Source of the DNA: an uncultured delta proteobacterium
GTDB taxonomy: Bacteria > Desulfobacterota > Binatia > Binatales > Binataceae
Direction: 5' to 3'
DNA: 64,000 nucleotides
Assembly (NCBI GenBank): GCA_963808235.1
Contig: CAWEEQ010000004.1
Span: forward strand, 2,720,001 to 2,784,000
Shown here: positions 1 through 8,630 of the stretch, piece after piece
How the letters are laid out: the number at the start of each line of letters is the position of its first letter
Numbering within the stretch: the first letter of the stretch is position 1
Program-made: the position numbers and the translations under genes
Notes under the pieces: model-generated
What the model was told of the DNA's origin: nothing
Databases searched by the model: none
Seen by the model: only the letters and a program-made list of their open reading frames with translations

Positions 1-61
1 CGCCCATCCGGTCAAGATTGCGAGTCGCCATATGCACGTCGCCGAAGGAAATTATCTTCAT
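1..61 (-). CDS. Metallophosphoesterase (calcineurin-like), 5' fragment running off the window
   Basis: Minus strand from ATG at 61 reads MKIISFGDVHMATRNLDRMG, i.e. a hydrophobic beta-strand followed by the DxH motif I of calcineurin-like phosphoesterases. Not in the ORF track. Confidence 0.55.
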   Translation of the reverse strand, partial: MKIISFGDVHMATRNLDRMG

Positions 62-136
62 CGCAAGTATCGCGTCCGAACCCTTAAGTTATCGACTTAA
101 TTGTAGCTTTTAAAGAATGCGGCTAAATGAGATCAC

Positions 137-904
137 ATGGCTTCGCGGGACAGATTCTCCTTCGTGCTCTTCAAGCCGCAATCGGCGGGCAATATCGGCG
201 CCGCGGCGCGCGCGCTCAAGAACATGGGCTTCGACGATCTTCGCCTGGTCGCGCCGGGCACCCTGAATCAGCGCGAGGCAGTAGCGATGGCCGTCCATGC
301 GGACGACGTCCTGGCCAGCGCGACGACCTATCCCGATCTCGCCGCGGCGCTTGCCGATTGCTCTATCGCTGTCGGCACGACCAGCCGTCGCGGCGGATAT
401 CGAAGCACCGCGCATCCGCTTCGACAGGCGGCGCTTGAACTCGCGGGGCTCAGCCATTCGAACAAGATCGCGATAATCTTTGGGCGCGAGGATCGCGGGC
501 TCACCAATCGCGAGCTCAAACTATGTAATCGACTGATTACGATTCCCACCGCGCCCGAATATCCATCGCTCAACCTCGCGCAGGCGGTGGTAGTCGTCGC
601 GTACGAGCTCATGATGGCGTCGAGTACCTCGGCGAACCGCGCGAGCGCGCCGGAGTTTGTGTCCGCTTCGAGCAGCGATGCGATGCTCGCGCGGATGGCC
701 GAGGCTCTCATCGCGATTGGCTTCCTCCCTGATGAGAATCCCGACCACATCATGTTTGCGCTGCGCGAGATCTTCGGCCGCAGCGGATTAACGCCGCGCG
801 AAGTCGAGATACTGAACGGGATGGCGCGGCAGATGCGATGGGCGGCCGAGGGAGGCTCTGAAACGATCGCGGCCAAGCGCCGCGCGGGCAAAAAGCTGCG
901 TTAA
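137..904 (+). CDS. trmJ: tRNA/rRNA 2'-O-methyltransferase, TrmJ/LasT (SPOUT) family
   Basis: Motifs PQSAGNIGAAARALKNMG, FGREDRGLTN and YPSLNLAQAV. Confidence 0.9.
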   Translation: MASRDRFSFVLFKPQSAGNIGAAARALKNMGFDDLRLVAPGTLNQREAVAMAVHADDVLASATTYPDLAAALADCSIAVGTTSRRGGYRSTAHPLRQAALELAGLSHSNKIAIIFGREDRGLTNRELKLCNRLITIPTAPEYPSLNLAQAVVVVAYELMMASSTSANRASAPEFVSASSSDAMLARMAEALIAIGFLPDENPDHIMFALREIFGRSGLTPREVEILNGMARQMRWAAEGGSETIAAKRRAGKKLR

Positions 905-954
905 GTCGCAGTCGATATTCGTTTTTCTTTCGGGGGACTGACCGATTTGATCGA

Positions 955-970
955 TGTTTCACGTGAAACA
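955..970. other. parS centromere-like site (ParB binding)
   Basis: Exact match to the consensus palindrome TGTTTCACGTGAAACA in an intergenic region, extended by flanking A/T to 954-971. Confidence 0.9.
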
Positions 971-1097
971 TTTGCGCACAAAACCCCAACATATGACTGG
1001 CTTTCTGGAAAATCAGCCGTCATTTGAACCGTGTTGACGCGGTTCCCACCGGCAGCATCGATAGGCGATAATTGCAGCCGGATCTAGATGGCAAGCA

Positions 1098-1385
1098 ATG
1101 GCCGAGATAATAAAATTTGCGGAAATTCAGGAAGCGCGGCGAATTGCCCGCGCGCGCAGGCCCGAGCGCGAGAGTCTCGAGCGTGCGGTCCAGGTGATGC
1201 GCGAGAACCTCGCCGCTGTCGCCGCCGAGATCGTCGATGCTCCGCGTGCCGAGCAGGCGGAGCTGATTACGCGGGTCGAGCGGCTGGCCGCGATGATTCG
1301 CTACGGAATGCGGATGCTCGGCGAGAATGCCGACACCGGACTCGATGGGTCCGCGTGGCGCTATGGACGAAGGACTAACTCTTAG
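1098..1385 (+). CDS. Hypothetical helical protein (95 aa)
   Basis: ORF with typical codon usage and an MAEIIKF-type start. Overlaps the next gene by about 23 nt. Confidence 0.6.
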   Translation: MAEIIKFAEIQEARRIARARRPERESLERAVQVMRENLAAVAAEIVDAPRAEQAELITRVERLAAMIRYGMRMLGENADTGLDGSAWRYGRRTNS

Positions 1386-2010
1386 AATTACCAGCGTCGA
1401 GCCGGGCGACGAGATCGCGGGCGCGCGCAAAGTCACGATCGTCACGACGCGCGGTAGGATTCCCGTGGTGCTGCATGCGTCGCCTGAGAAGGGGCGCGCC
1501 GCACTATGCGTCGGCGGCGCGATGGGCGGTTTCGACGGTCCTGCGATGCTCTATCCGAGGCTCGGTCTGAATATGCCGCGGAATAATATCACCGTCGCGC
1601 GGCTCGACTACCGCAGCCCCGGCGAATTCGGCGAATGCCTGGTGGACGCGATGGCGGCGCTCACGTTCCTTGGCGGAATCGGTCATGAACGCGTCGCGCT
1701 GATAGGACATTCGTTCGGCGGCGCGGTCGCAATCAACGCAGGCACAATCAGTCCGATCGTCACGACCGTAGTCGCGCTGTCGAGCCAACTCGCGGGCGCG
1801 CACGTCGCCGGCGAACTCGCACCGAAGCCACTCCTCCTGATTCATGGAGATGCGGACACGATTCTTTCGCACGAAAGTTCGCAAGCTCTCTACGATCGCG
1901 CCGGCGAGCCAAAGACGCTCAAGATCCTGCCCGGAGTCGGACACCGCCTGACGGAAGCCGCCGACGAAGTGTTCGATCTGGTCAGTGATTGGATGCTGCA
2001 AAAGACCTAA
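1363..2010 (+). CDS. Alpha/beta hydrolase
   Basis: GHSFGG nucleophile elbow, LLLIHGDAD and GVGH give the Ser-Asp-His triad. Start taken at ATG 1363. Confidence 0.85.
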   Translation: MDEGLTLRITSVEPGDEIAGARKVTIVTTRGRIPVVLHASPEKGRAALCVGGAMGGFDGPAMLYPRLGLNMPRNNITVARLDYRSPGEFGECLVDAMAALTFLGGIGHERVALIGHSFGGAVAINAGTISPIVTTVVALSSQLAGAHVAGELAPKPLLLIHGDADTILSHESSQALYDRAGEPKTLKILPGVGHRLTEAADEVFDLVSDWMLQKT

Positions 2011-2079
2011 CCCCTGGCTCATCTAGTGAGCCCGTGGGTATTCACACATCTGGCAGGCGCACTATAGAATCTAACAACT

Positions 2080-3084
2080 ATGGCTGGTGGACATCGTATT
2101 GCGGTGGTTGGTGCTACCGGGGCGGTCGGGCAGACCGTGCTCAAGATTCTTGAGCAGCGCAAATTTCCGGTGCGCGATTTGAAGGCGTATGCGTCGCAGC
2201 GTTCGGTCGGCAAGACGGTGACGTTTGCCGGTGAATCGATTCCGGTGCTGCGCGCCGGTGCGGACGGATTCAAGGATATCGATATCGCGTTTTTCTCGGC
2301 CGGCTCGGAGCAGTCGCGCGAGTTCGCGCCGATGGCTGTGAAGGCCGGCGCGATTGTGATCGACAAGTCGAGCGCGTTTCGGATGGATCCTAACGTTCCG
2401 CTGGTGGTGCCCGAGATCAACGGCGCCGCCGCGCGGGCGCATAAGGGAATAATCGCGTGCCCGAATTGCACGACGATCGTCACCGTGATGCCGCTGAAGC
2501 CGATCCACGATCTCGGGCGTCTGAAGCGCGTGGTCGCGACCAGTTTCCAGGCCGTGTCCGGCGCGGGCGTCAACGGGGTTGCGGAGCTTCGCGAGCAGAC
2601 GATGGCGTGGTCGCGGGGCGAGGAAATCAAGTCAAAGTTTTTTCAGCATCAGATTGCGTTCAACCTGATTCCGCATATCGACAAGTTCGCCGAGGGCGGA
2701 TACACCGGCGAGGAAATAAAGCTAGTCAACGAGATCAGGAAGATCCTCGAGCTGCCCGACCTGCCGGTTTCGCCGACCACGGTGCGGGTGCCGGTTTTCA
2801 CCGCGCATTCGATTTCGGTAAACGCGGAGACTGAGAGCAAAGTCGCGGCGGCGGACGCGCGCGCGGCCTTCGATCGATTTCCGGGAATCCGTCTGTTCGA
2901 CGATCCCGCGCAGAATCGCTACCCGATGCCGATCATCGTGGAAGGACAGGACGATTGCTTCGTGGGGCGGATTCGCGAGGACTTGAGCTGCGCGAATGCA
3001 CTCAACTTCTGGGTGGTCGGCGATCAGCTACGCAAGGGCGCCGCGCTCAACGGCATCCAAATTGCCGAGCTGCTGATCGGATAA
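2080..3084 (+). CDS. asd: Aspartate-semialdehyde dehydrogenase
   Basis: Motifs VVGATGAVG, DKSSAFRMD, CPNCTT, QAVSGAG and DQLRKGAALN. Confidence 0.97.
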   Translation: MAGGHRIAVVGATGAVGQTVLKILEQRKFPVRDLKAYASQRSVGKTVTFAGESIPVLRAGADGFKDIDIAFFSAGSEQSREFAPMAVKAGAIVIDKSSAFRMDPNVPLVVPEINGAAARAHKGIIACPNCTTIVTVMPLKPIHDLGRLKRVVATSFQAVSGAGVNGVAELREQTMAWSRGEEIKSKFFQHQIAFNLIPHIDKFAEGGYTGEEIKLVNEIRKILELPDLPVSPTTVRVPVFTAHSISVNAETESKVAAADARAAFDRFPGIRLFDDPAQNRYPMPIIVEGQDDCFVGRIREDLSCANALNFWVVGDQLRKGAALNGIQIAELLIG

Positions 3085-3119
3085 CGCGCAACCACCGCGA
3101 AGTCGGCGATCGCCCGCCA

Positions 3120-4493
3120 TCACGGCATCGGGATGGCCGCGCTGGTCGGATTCCAGTGTGTGGTGCCGGTCGGACTTCCCCCTAACACGGGCGCTGAAAG
3201 ATCGACGCGAACCAGGAACAGCGGCGGCTGCGGGTCGTGGTCGTTTGCCCAGGCATGAAAAAACGGGTCCGTATCCGCGAGCATGTAGGCCAGATTATTT
3301 TTCACGTCGATTGACAGCGAGTTGGGATCGCCGACGATACCGAGTTGGGTCGGCGTGCTGTCCACGTCGCCCATCGGGATCACGGTGGCGCAAATCGTAA
3401 AGACCGAGGCCGCGTCCGCAGTGGTATCGCTTCCGGGCTGGCCATTGTTGTCGAGCGCCCCGGGCACCGCCTTCGCCGGCAGATGAATCAGTTTCAGATT
3501 CTGACCGAATTCGTCGCTGATAACACCCTGATGAGTGACCCCGTTGACGACCGTCTGACCGCCCGGGCCCTCTCCGGTTGGTTCGAGAAATCCCAGTCCA
3601 GCGAATCTGATGTCCAACGCAGTGGCTGGACTCACACTTGTATCGAGCGTTGCGAAGTTGAAAGCGGTGGCCATGTCGGCTCCGACCTCATCGGATAGCA
3701 ACAGGATGTTGGTCGTGGGATCGAATCCGACTCCGTCAGTTGTAGCCCCGACGCTTTCGAAGGTTACCGGAACCAGCGGGAGCTTCGTGATATTCACGAT
3801 CTGATTTTCTCCGTCGCGCGAGACGAAGAGAATGCCGGTCGTTGTGTTGAGCGAGATCGAATCGGTGCCGATAGTGGTGATCACCGATGCGGCGTTGAAG
3901 ACCGGCGGTTCCACCGAGGTGTCCATCAGACCGACCGTAGAGGTTCCGGTCACGACCAGCAGGTTACGCACCGGGTCGGCGATGATTCCGCCGAATCCTC
4001 CGCTGTTGGTGATCCCGGGACAGGGGATTGTGTTGATCACGGTCTGAGTCGTTGTGTTTATTTCAAAGATGCTGACCGTGTCGTCGGCCAGGCGTCCTTC
4101 CGCATACACACGACCGTTCTTTTGATTGAACGCCCCGCCGGTCGGCTGAACAACGCCCGACAGTTCCAGCAGCTTGAGGACCGGATTCGCCGCACCAATC
4201 GTGAGGTCAACGACCGCCAATTGCGAGCTATTCGGAACCTGTGGTGCGGGCAGGATCGAAGCGTCAGGATTAGTCCGCACTCCTCCGCCGGTCAGCGTGT
4301 AGATCGGCACATAGCCGACGTTGTTCACTGTGTCGATCGCGATGAGCCCCTGGCCGGTCGCGCTGGAAGGTGGCGGTGGGGGCTTGTGGTGCTCGCCAGC
4401 GCAAGAAGCACAAGGATCACACGACGTAGTTAGAAATAGTCCCGACAACGCAAGCATCAGGCAAATGGCCACGCCCGCCCATCGAATGTTCAT
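3120..4493 (-). CDS. Exported (probable lipo-) protein with YncE-like beta-propeller
   Basis: Signal peptide ending LTTSC, a poly-Pro linker, then repeated D-P/T-x-x-N-L/I-L-Y/F-V blade motifs. Confidence 0.6.
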   Translation of the reverse strand: MNIRWAGVAICLMLALSGLFLTTSCDPCASCAGEHHKPPPPPSSATGQGLIAIDTVNNVGYVPIYTLTGGGVRTNPDASILPAPQVPNSSQLAVVDLTIGAANPVLKLLELSGVVQPTGGAFNQKNGRVYAEGRLADDTVSIFEINTTTQTVINTIPCPGITNSGGFGGIIADPVRNLLVVTGTSTVGLMDTSVEPPVFNAASVITTIGTDSISLNTTTGILFVSRDGENQIVNITKLPLVPVTFESVGATTDGVGFDPTTNILLLSDEVGADMATAFNFATLDTSVSPATALDIRFAGLGFLEPTGEGPGGQTVVNGVTHQGVISDEFGQNLKLIHLPAKAVPGALDNNGQPGSDTTADAASVFTICATVIPMGDVDSTPTQLGIVGDPNSLSIDVKNNLAYMLADTDPFFHAWANDHDPQPPLFLVRVDLSAPVLGGSPTGTTHWNPTSAAIPMP

Positions 4494-4699
4494 TGGATGT
4501 CCTCCCCGCAATCGAGACAAATACTGCTCAGCGGAATGCAATTCCTTGCTACCGCATCTAAGCCCCCGCTCAGTGCGCCGAAGATACGCAAAATGGAGCT
4601 ATAGAGGCAAGTGGAGGGGCAAGGTTTCGCGCCTGGAAGCTATCGGTTCTTTCACAGGACCTTCGGTCTGGTCGCTGGGCTGACCTATCGGTCTGGCGA

Positions 4700-4729
4700 T
4701 TGACAGCAGCCGCGCGCGCATATTACCGT
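4700..4729 (+). promoter_or_regulatory. Putative sigma70 promoter of the riboswitch leader
   Basis: TTGACA at 4700-4705 and TACCGT at 4724-4729 (18-nt spacer), just upstream of the SAM-I aptamer. Confidence 0.45.
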
Positions 4730-4751
4730 AGCCGCGACTGCATTGATTGCA

Positions 4752-4873
4752 GCCTTATCGAGAGCGGCGGAGGGACTGGCCCGCTGATGCCGCAGCAACC
4801 GGCCCGTGATGGGTGCTGGTGCTAACTCCTGCAGGGGTCTCGGATCGTCCGAGAATCTCCTGGAAGATAAGGC
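4752..4873 (+). promoter_or_regulatory. SAM-I (S-box) riboswitch
   Basis: P1 is GCCTTATC/GATAAGGC. Conserved core ATCGAGAG-CGGCGGAGGGACTGGCCCGCTGATGCCGC-AGCAACC, then GGTGCTAACTCCTGCAG and CTGGAAGAT. Followed by a hairpin and T-run at about 4890-4916. Confidence 0.95.
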
Positions 4874-4981
4874 GAGTGTATTTAGCCCTCGTCCTATCGT
4901 CTGCGCAGGATTTTTCACCGGCATCGTTGAAACGCGGTTGGCGTTGCGGCTCTCGACGGCGGCGGGAGAAGCGCTAACGTA

Positions 4982-5722
4982 GTGGCGACGAGGAAAACAT
5001 CATTCAGGATACTAATCGTCGGGGTCGGCGGACTCGGCGCGCCGGCGATCTGGGCGCTAGCTCGCGACGGCGCGCGGCGAATCACGCTGGTCGATCCCGA
5101 TCCGGTCGAATTGTCGAACCTCGCGCGCCAGGTAATTTTCCGCGACGACGATATCGGCGCGCCCAAAGTCGAAGCTGCGGCACGCCGGCTCAGCGAAAAA
5201 TTCCCGCAGATTAAAGTTGACAGTCACGCGATCGCGCTGGACGAGTCCAACGCGGCGAGTATCGTCGCGGAGCATGATTTTGTGATCGATGCGACCGACA
5301 GTCCGGTCGCGAAATTTTTGATTAACGACACCTGTATCGAGGCTGGCAAGCCGTTCGCGTACGGCGGCGTGATTGGGATGACCGGGCAGGCGATAACGGT
5401 GATTCCGGGCGCGAGCGCGTGTCTGCGCTGCGTGTTCGAGAATCCTCCCGGCGAGGAGGAGATTCAGAGTTGTCGAGAGGCCGGTATCGTCGGGCCGGTC
5501 GCGGGCGCGATCGGAACGATGCAGGCGGCGGAGGCGATGCGCGCCTCGCGCGCGCAGATGCCCCTTCTAGCAGGAAAAATTCTAACCTATGACGCTGCGA
5601 GTCCCGCGCGCGTCCGCATCACCGTGGTCAATCCGCGGCGCGGATGCGGATGCGGCGCAGAAAAGAAGTTGCGTCGGACGGCGACAGACAGTGCTGGCAA
5701 CCGGGCGAACGAGACGAGTTAA
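4982..5722 (+). CDS. MoeB/ThiF/HesA-family adenylyltransferase (E1-like), catalytic type lacking the N-terminal RYSRQ helix
   Basis: GVGGLG P-loop, DPDPVELSNLARQ, DATD, CLRC Zn site and SCREAGIVG. An in-frame TGA at 4928 limits any N-terminal extension. Confidence 0.9.
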   Translation: MATRKTSFRILIVGVGGLGAPAIWALARDGARRITLVDPDPVELSNLARQVIFRDDDIGAPKVEAAARRLSEKFPQIKVDSHAIALDESNAASIVAEHDFVIDATDSPVAKFLINDTCIEAGKPFAYGGVIGMTGQAITVIPGASACLRCVFENPPGEEEIQSCREAGIVGPVAGAIGTMQAAEAMRASRAQMPLLAGKILTYDAASPARVRITVVNPRRGCGCGAEKKLRRTATDSAGNRANETS

Positions 5723-5731
5723 GAGGACACG

Positions 5732-7000
5732 ATGATCTACGTAACGAATCTGAAATGTCGCGAGTGCGGGCAGGAGTATCCGATAAGCCCGCTCCACGTG
5801 TGCGAGACGTGCTTCGGGCCGCTCGAGGTCACCTACGACTACGCGAAGATTCGCGCGGCTATCTCGCGCAACGCGATCGAGAAGCGGGCGCATAATCTTT
5901 GGCGATATCGCGAATTGCTGCCGGTCGATTTCGCGGGCGAACCGGATATCGGTCCCAACTCAGGCTTCACTCCGCTGCTGCATTGTCATCGGCTGGGCGC
6001 GGAGCTTGGGCTAAAGAATCTCTATATCAAGGACGACACGGTCAACCATCCAACGCTCTCATACAAAGACCGCGTGGTCTCGGTCGCGATGGCTAAGGCG
6101 CGCGAGTTCGGTTTCACGACGGTCTCGTGCGCGTCGACGGGAAACCTGGCGACCGCGGTTGCGGCGCACGCGGCGCGCGCGGGATTGCAATGCTACATCT
6201 TCATGCCCGAAGGGGTGGAGGCGGGAAAGATTGTCGGCTCGACGATTTACGGCGCTCGCGTGATCACGATTCGCGGCAACTACGACGACGTCAACCGGCT
6301 ATGCAGCGAGATTGCGGACAAGTACGGGTGGGCATTTGTGAATATCAACCTGCGCCCGTTCTACACCGAAGGCGCAAAAACGTTCGGCTTCGAAGTTGCG
6401 GAGCAACTCGGGTGGCGGCTGCCGGATCATATTGTGGTGCCGACCGCGGGCGGGACGATTTTGCCGAAGGTCGCGAAGGCATTTAAGGAATTCAAGGAAG
6501 TCGGTCTGATCAAGAGCGGCGAGTTCAAGATTCATTCGGCGCAAGCCGCGGGTTCCGCGCCGGTGATACATGCACTGCACAAGCATACGGACCTGATTAC
6601 GCCGGTGAAGCCAGACACGATCGCGAAATCGATCGCGATCGGAAATCCGGCCGACGGATTTTACGTGTTGAAGGCGGTGCGCGAATCGGGCGGATGGGGC
6701 GACGTTGCGACCGACCCGGAGATAATCGACGCGATCAAACTGCTCGCGCGCTCAGAGGGTATCTTCGCGGAGCCGGCGGGCGGCACCACGCTCGCGGTCA
6801 CGCTCAAGCTGATCGCGCAGGGCCGTATCAAGCCGGACGAGACCGTGGTCGTGGCGATCACCGGCAACGGATACAAAACTCTCGAAGCGGTCGCGAGTGC
6901 GATCGATCAGCCGTCGATAATCGATGCGCGACTGAAAGATTTCGACGCGTTGTTCGAGCGGCTCACTGATGGAAAGCGCACTGCCGCAGGCGCCGCATGA
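5732..7000 (+). CDS. thrC: Threonine synthase-like PLP enzyme, possibly an O-phosphohomoserine sulfhydrylase
   Basis: N-terminal Zn ribbon CREC..CETC, HPTLSYKDR (PLP lysine), ASTGNLA and EGAKT. Its position behind a SAM riboswitch and next to a sulfur carrier questions the threonine function. Confidence 0.85.
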   Translation: MIYVTNLKCRECGQEYPISPLHVCETCFGPLEVTYDYAKIRAAISRNAIEKRAHNLWRYRELLPVDFAGEPDIGPNSGFTPLLHCHRLGAELGLKNLYIKDDTVNHPTLSYKDRVVSVAMAKAREFGFTTVSCASTGNLATAVAAHAARAGLQCYIFMPEGVEAGKIVGSTIYGARVITIRGNYDDVNRLCSEIADKYGWAFVNINLRPFYTEGAKTFGFEVAEQLGWRLPDHIVVPTAGGTILPKVAKAFKEFKEVGLIKSGEFKIHSAQAAGSAPVIHALHKHTDLITPVKPDTIAKSIAIGNPADGFYVLKAVRESGGWGDVATDPEIIDAIKLLARSEGIFAEPAGGTTLAVTLKLIAQGRIKPDETVVVAITGNGYKTLEAVASAIDQPSIIDARLKDFDALFERLTDGKRTAAGAA

Positions 7001-7082
7001 TCATGCAAATGCGTTCGCTGCTTGTTTGGGCGCAGCGGCCAGCATAAGTGTAAGAATTCAAGCAGGAGGTAACTTTCAAGCC

Positions 7083-7361
7083 ATGCCAGTACGGGTCAGA
7101 GTACCAACTCCTCTTAGAAGGTTCACCGCGGGTGTCGATGAAGTGCCGGCCGACGGCGCGTCGATCAAGGCGGTAATCGAAGACCTGGAAAAGCGTCATC
7201 CGGGGATGCGCGAGCGGCTGCTCGACGAAAAAGGCGACATCAGGCGTTTCGTGAATATCTACCTGAACGGCAACGACGTTCGCTTTCTCGACGCGATTAA
7301 CTCGAAGGTCAAGGATGGCGACGACATCTCAATCGTTCCCGCAATTGCCGGCGGACGCTAA
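7083..7361 (+). CDS. MoaD/ThiS/CysO-type ubiquitin-like sulfur carrier protein
   Basis: Reads VRVPTPLRRFT...RRFVNIYLNGNDVRFL...IVPAIAGGR*. RBS AGGAGG upstream. Confidence 0.93.
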   Translation: MPVRVRVPTPLRRFTAGVDEVPADGASIKAVIEDLEKRHPGMRERLLDEKGDIRRFVNIYLNGNDVRFLDAINSKVKDGDDISIVPAIAGGR

Positions 7362-7395
7362 GCGCGAGCCGCTCGTCGCGGGCGAGCGCGAGATC

Positions 7396-8370
7396 GTGCC
7401 GGTCGGACGCGCGCGGAGCGTGCTCGATCTGATCGGCAATACGCCGCTGCTGGAAATCAAGCGGCTCACGGCGGGACTGCTGAATCCCGGGGTGCGAATT
7501 TTCGCCAAGCTCGAGGGCTTCAACCCGGGCGGCTCGATCAAGGATCGGCCCGCGAAGAGCATGCTCGAGGTCGGAATTGCCGAGGGCAAGCTGAAGCCGG
7601 GCAAGGTGATCCTCGACTCGACATCGGGCAACACCGGAATTGCGCTTGCGATGCTGGGGGCGACGCTCGGCTATCCGGTCGAGCTGGTGATGCCGTCGAA
7701 CGTGAGCCGCGAGCGCAAAAAGATAATCGAAGCTTACGGCGCGAAGATTCATTTTTCGGATCCGATGGAAGGTTCGGACGGCGCGATCATCATGTGCCGC
7801 GCAATCCTCGAAAAAAATCCCGAGCGCTACTTCAAGCCCGACCAGTACAACAACGAGGCGAACTCGCTGGCGCATTTCCAGACCACCGGCCCCGAGATCT
7901 GGCGCCAGACGCGCGGCCAGGTGACCCACTTTGTCGCGGCGATCGGAACCGGCGGAACGATAATGGGCACGGGCAGGTTTCTGAAGTCGAAGAATCGCGC
8001 CATCAAGGTGATCGCGGTCGAGCCGGACGACGCGATGCATGGGCTCGAGGGCCTCAAGCACATGGCGAGCTCGATCGTACCGGGCATCTACCACGAGAAA
8101 GAGATCGACGAAAAAATTCCAGTCGGCACCGAGGAGGCGTACGAGATGGTGTACGCACTCGGGCAGGCGGAGGGCATCCTGGTCGGGCAGTCGTCGGGTG
8201 CGGCGATGATCGCGGCGCTCAAGGTGGCGCAATCGATTCGCGAAGGCGTCGTGACGACGGTGTTCTGCGACTTCGGCGAAAAATATCTTTCGACCAACCT
8301 GTGGATCGGATGGCAGGAATGGCGCCCCGACAACCTGCAACAACTCAAAGCCAAGTGGAAAAAGAAGTGA
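7396..8370 (+). CDS. cysM: Cysteine synthase family PLP enzyme (CysM-like)
   Basis: LIGNTPL, AKLEGFNPGGSIKDR, TSGNTG and GTGGT. The start (GTG 7396) is inferred. Confidence 0.88.
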   Translation: MPVGRARSVLDLIGNTPLLEIKRLTAGLLNPGVRIFAKLEGFNPGGSIKDRPAKSMLEVGIAEGKLKPGKVILDSTSGNTGIALAMLGATLGYPVELVMPSNVSRERKKIIEAYGAKIHFSDPMEGSDGAIIMCRAILEKNPERYFKPDQYNNEANSLAHFQTTGPEIWRQTRGQVTHFVAAIGTGGTIMGTGRFLKSKNRAIKVIAVEPDDAMHGLEGLKHMASSIVPGIYHEKEIDEKIPVGTEEAYEMVYALGQAEGILVGQSSGAAMIAALKVAQSIREGVVTTVFCDFGEKYLSTNLWIGWQEWRPDNLQQLKAKWKKK

Positions 8371-8378
8371 CCCGCGAT

Positions 8379-8624
8379 ATGGAACGTCTTCACGAACGCT
8401 ACTACCTGAGCTATCCGCGCAGCCTGATCAAGGAGCCGATCCTTTACCAGCTGGTAAAGAAATTCGATCTCATCTTCAACATTCGCGGCGCCAGCGTGTC
8501 TGAAGAGATGGGACTGGTCGCGGTTGAGTTCGAAGGCAGCGCCGATCAGATCGAGCGCGCGCTCACCTGGTTGCGCAGCACCGGAGTTACCGTCGAGCCG
8601 ATCGAAAAAAATGTGATCGAATAG
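8379..8624 (+). CDS. Stand-alone NIL domain protein
   Basis: 81 aa with the NIL signature EPILYQLVKKFDLIFNIRGASV...GLVAVEFEG...ALTWLRSTGVTVE. Confidence 0.85.
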   Translation: MERLHERYYLSYPRSLIKEPILYQLVKKFDLIFNIRGASVSEEMGLVAVEFEGSADQIERALTWLRSTGVTVEPIEKNVIE

Positions 8625-8630
8625 CGTGCG

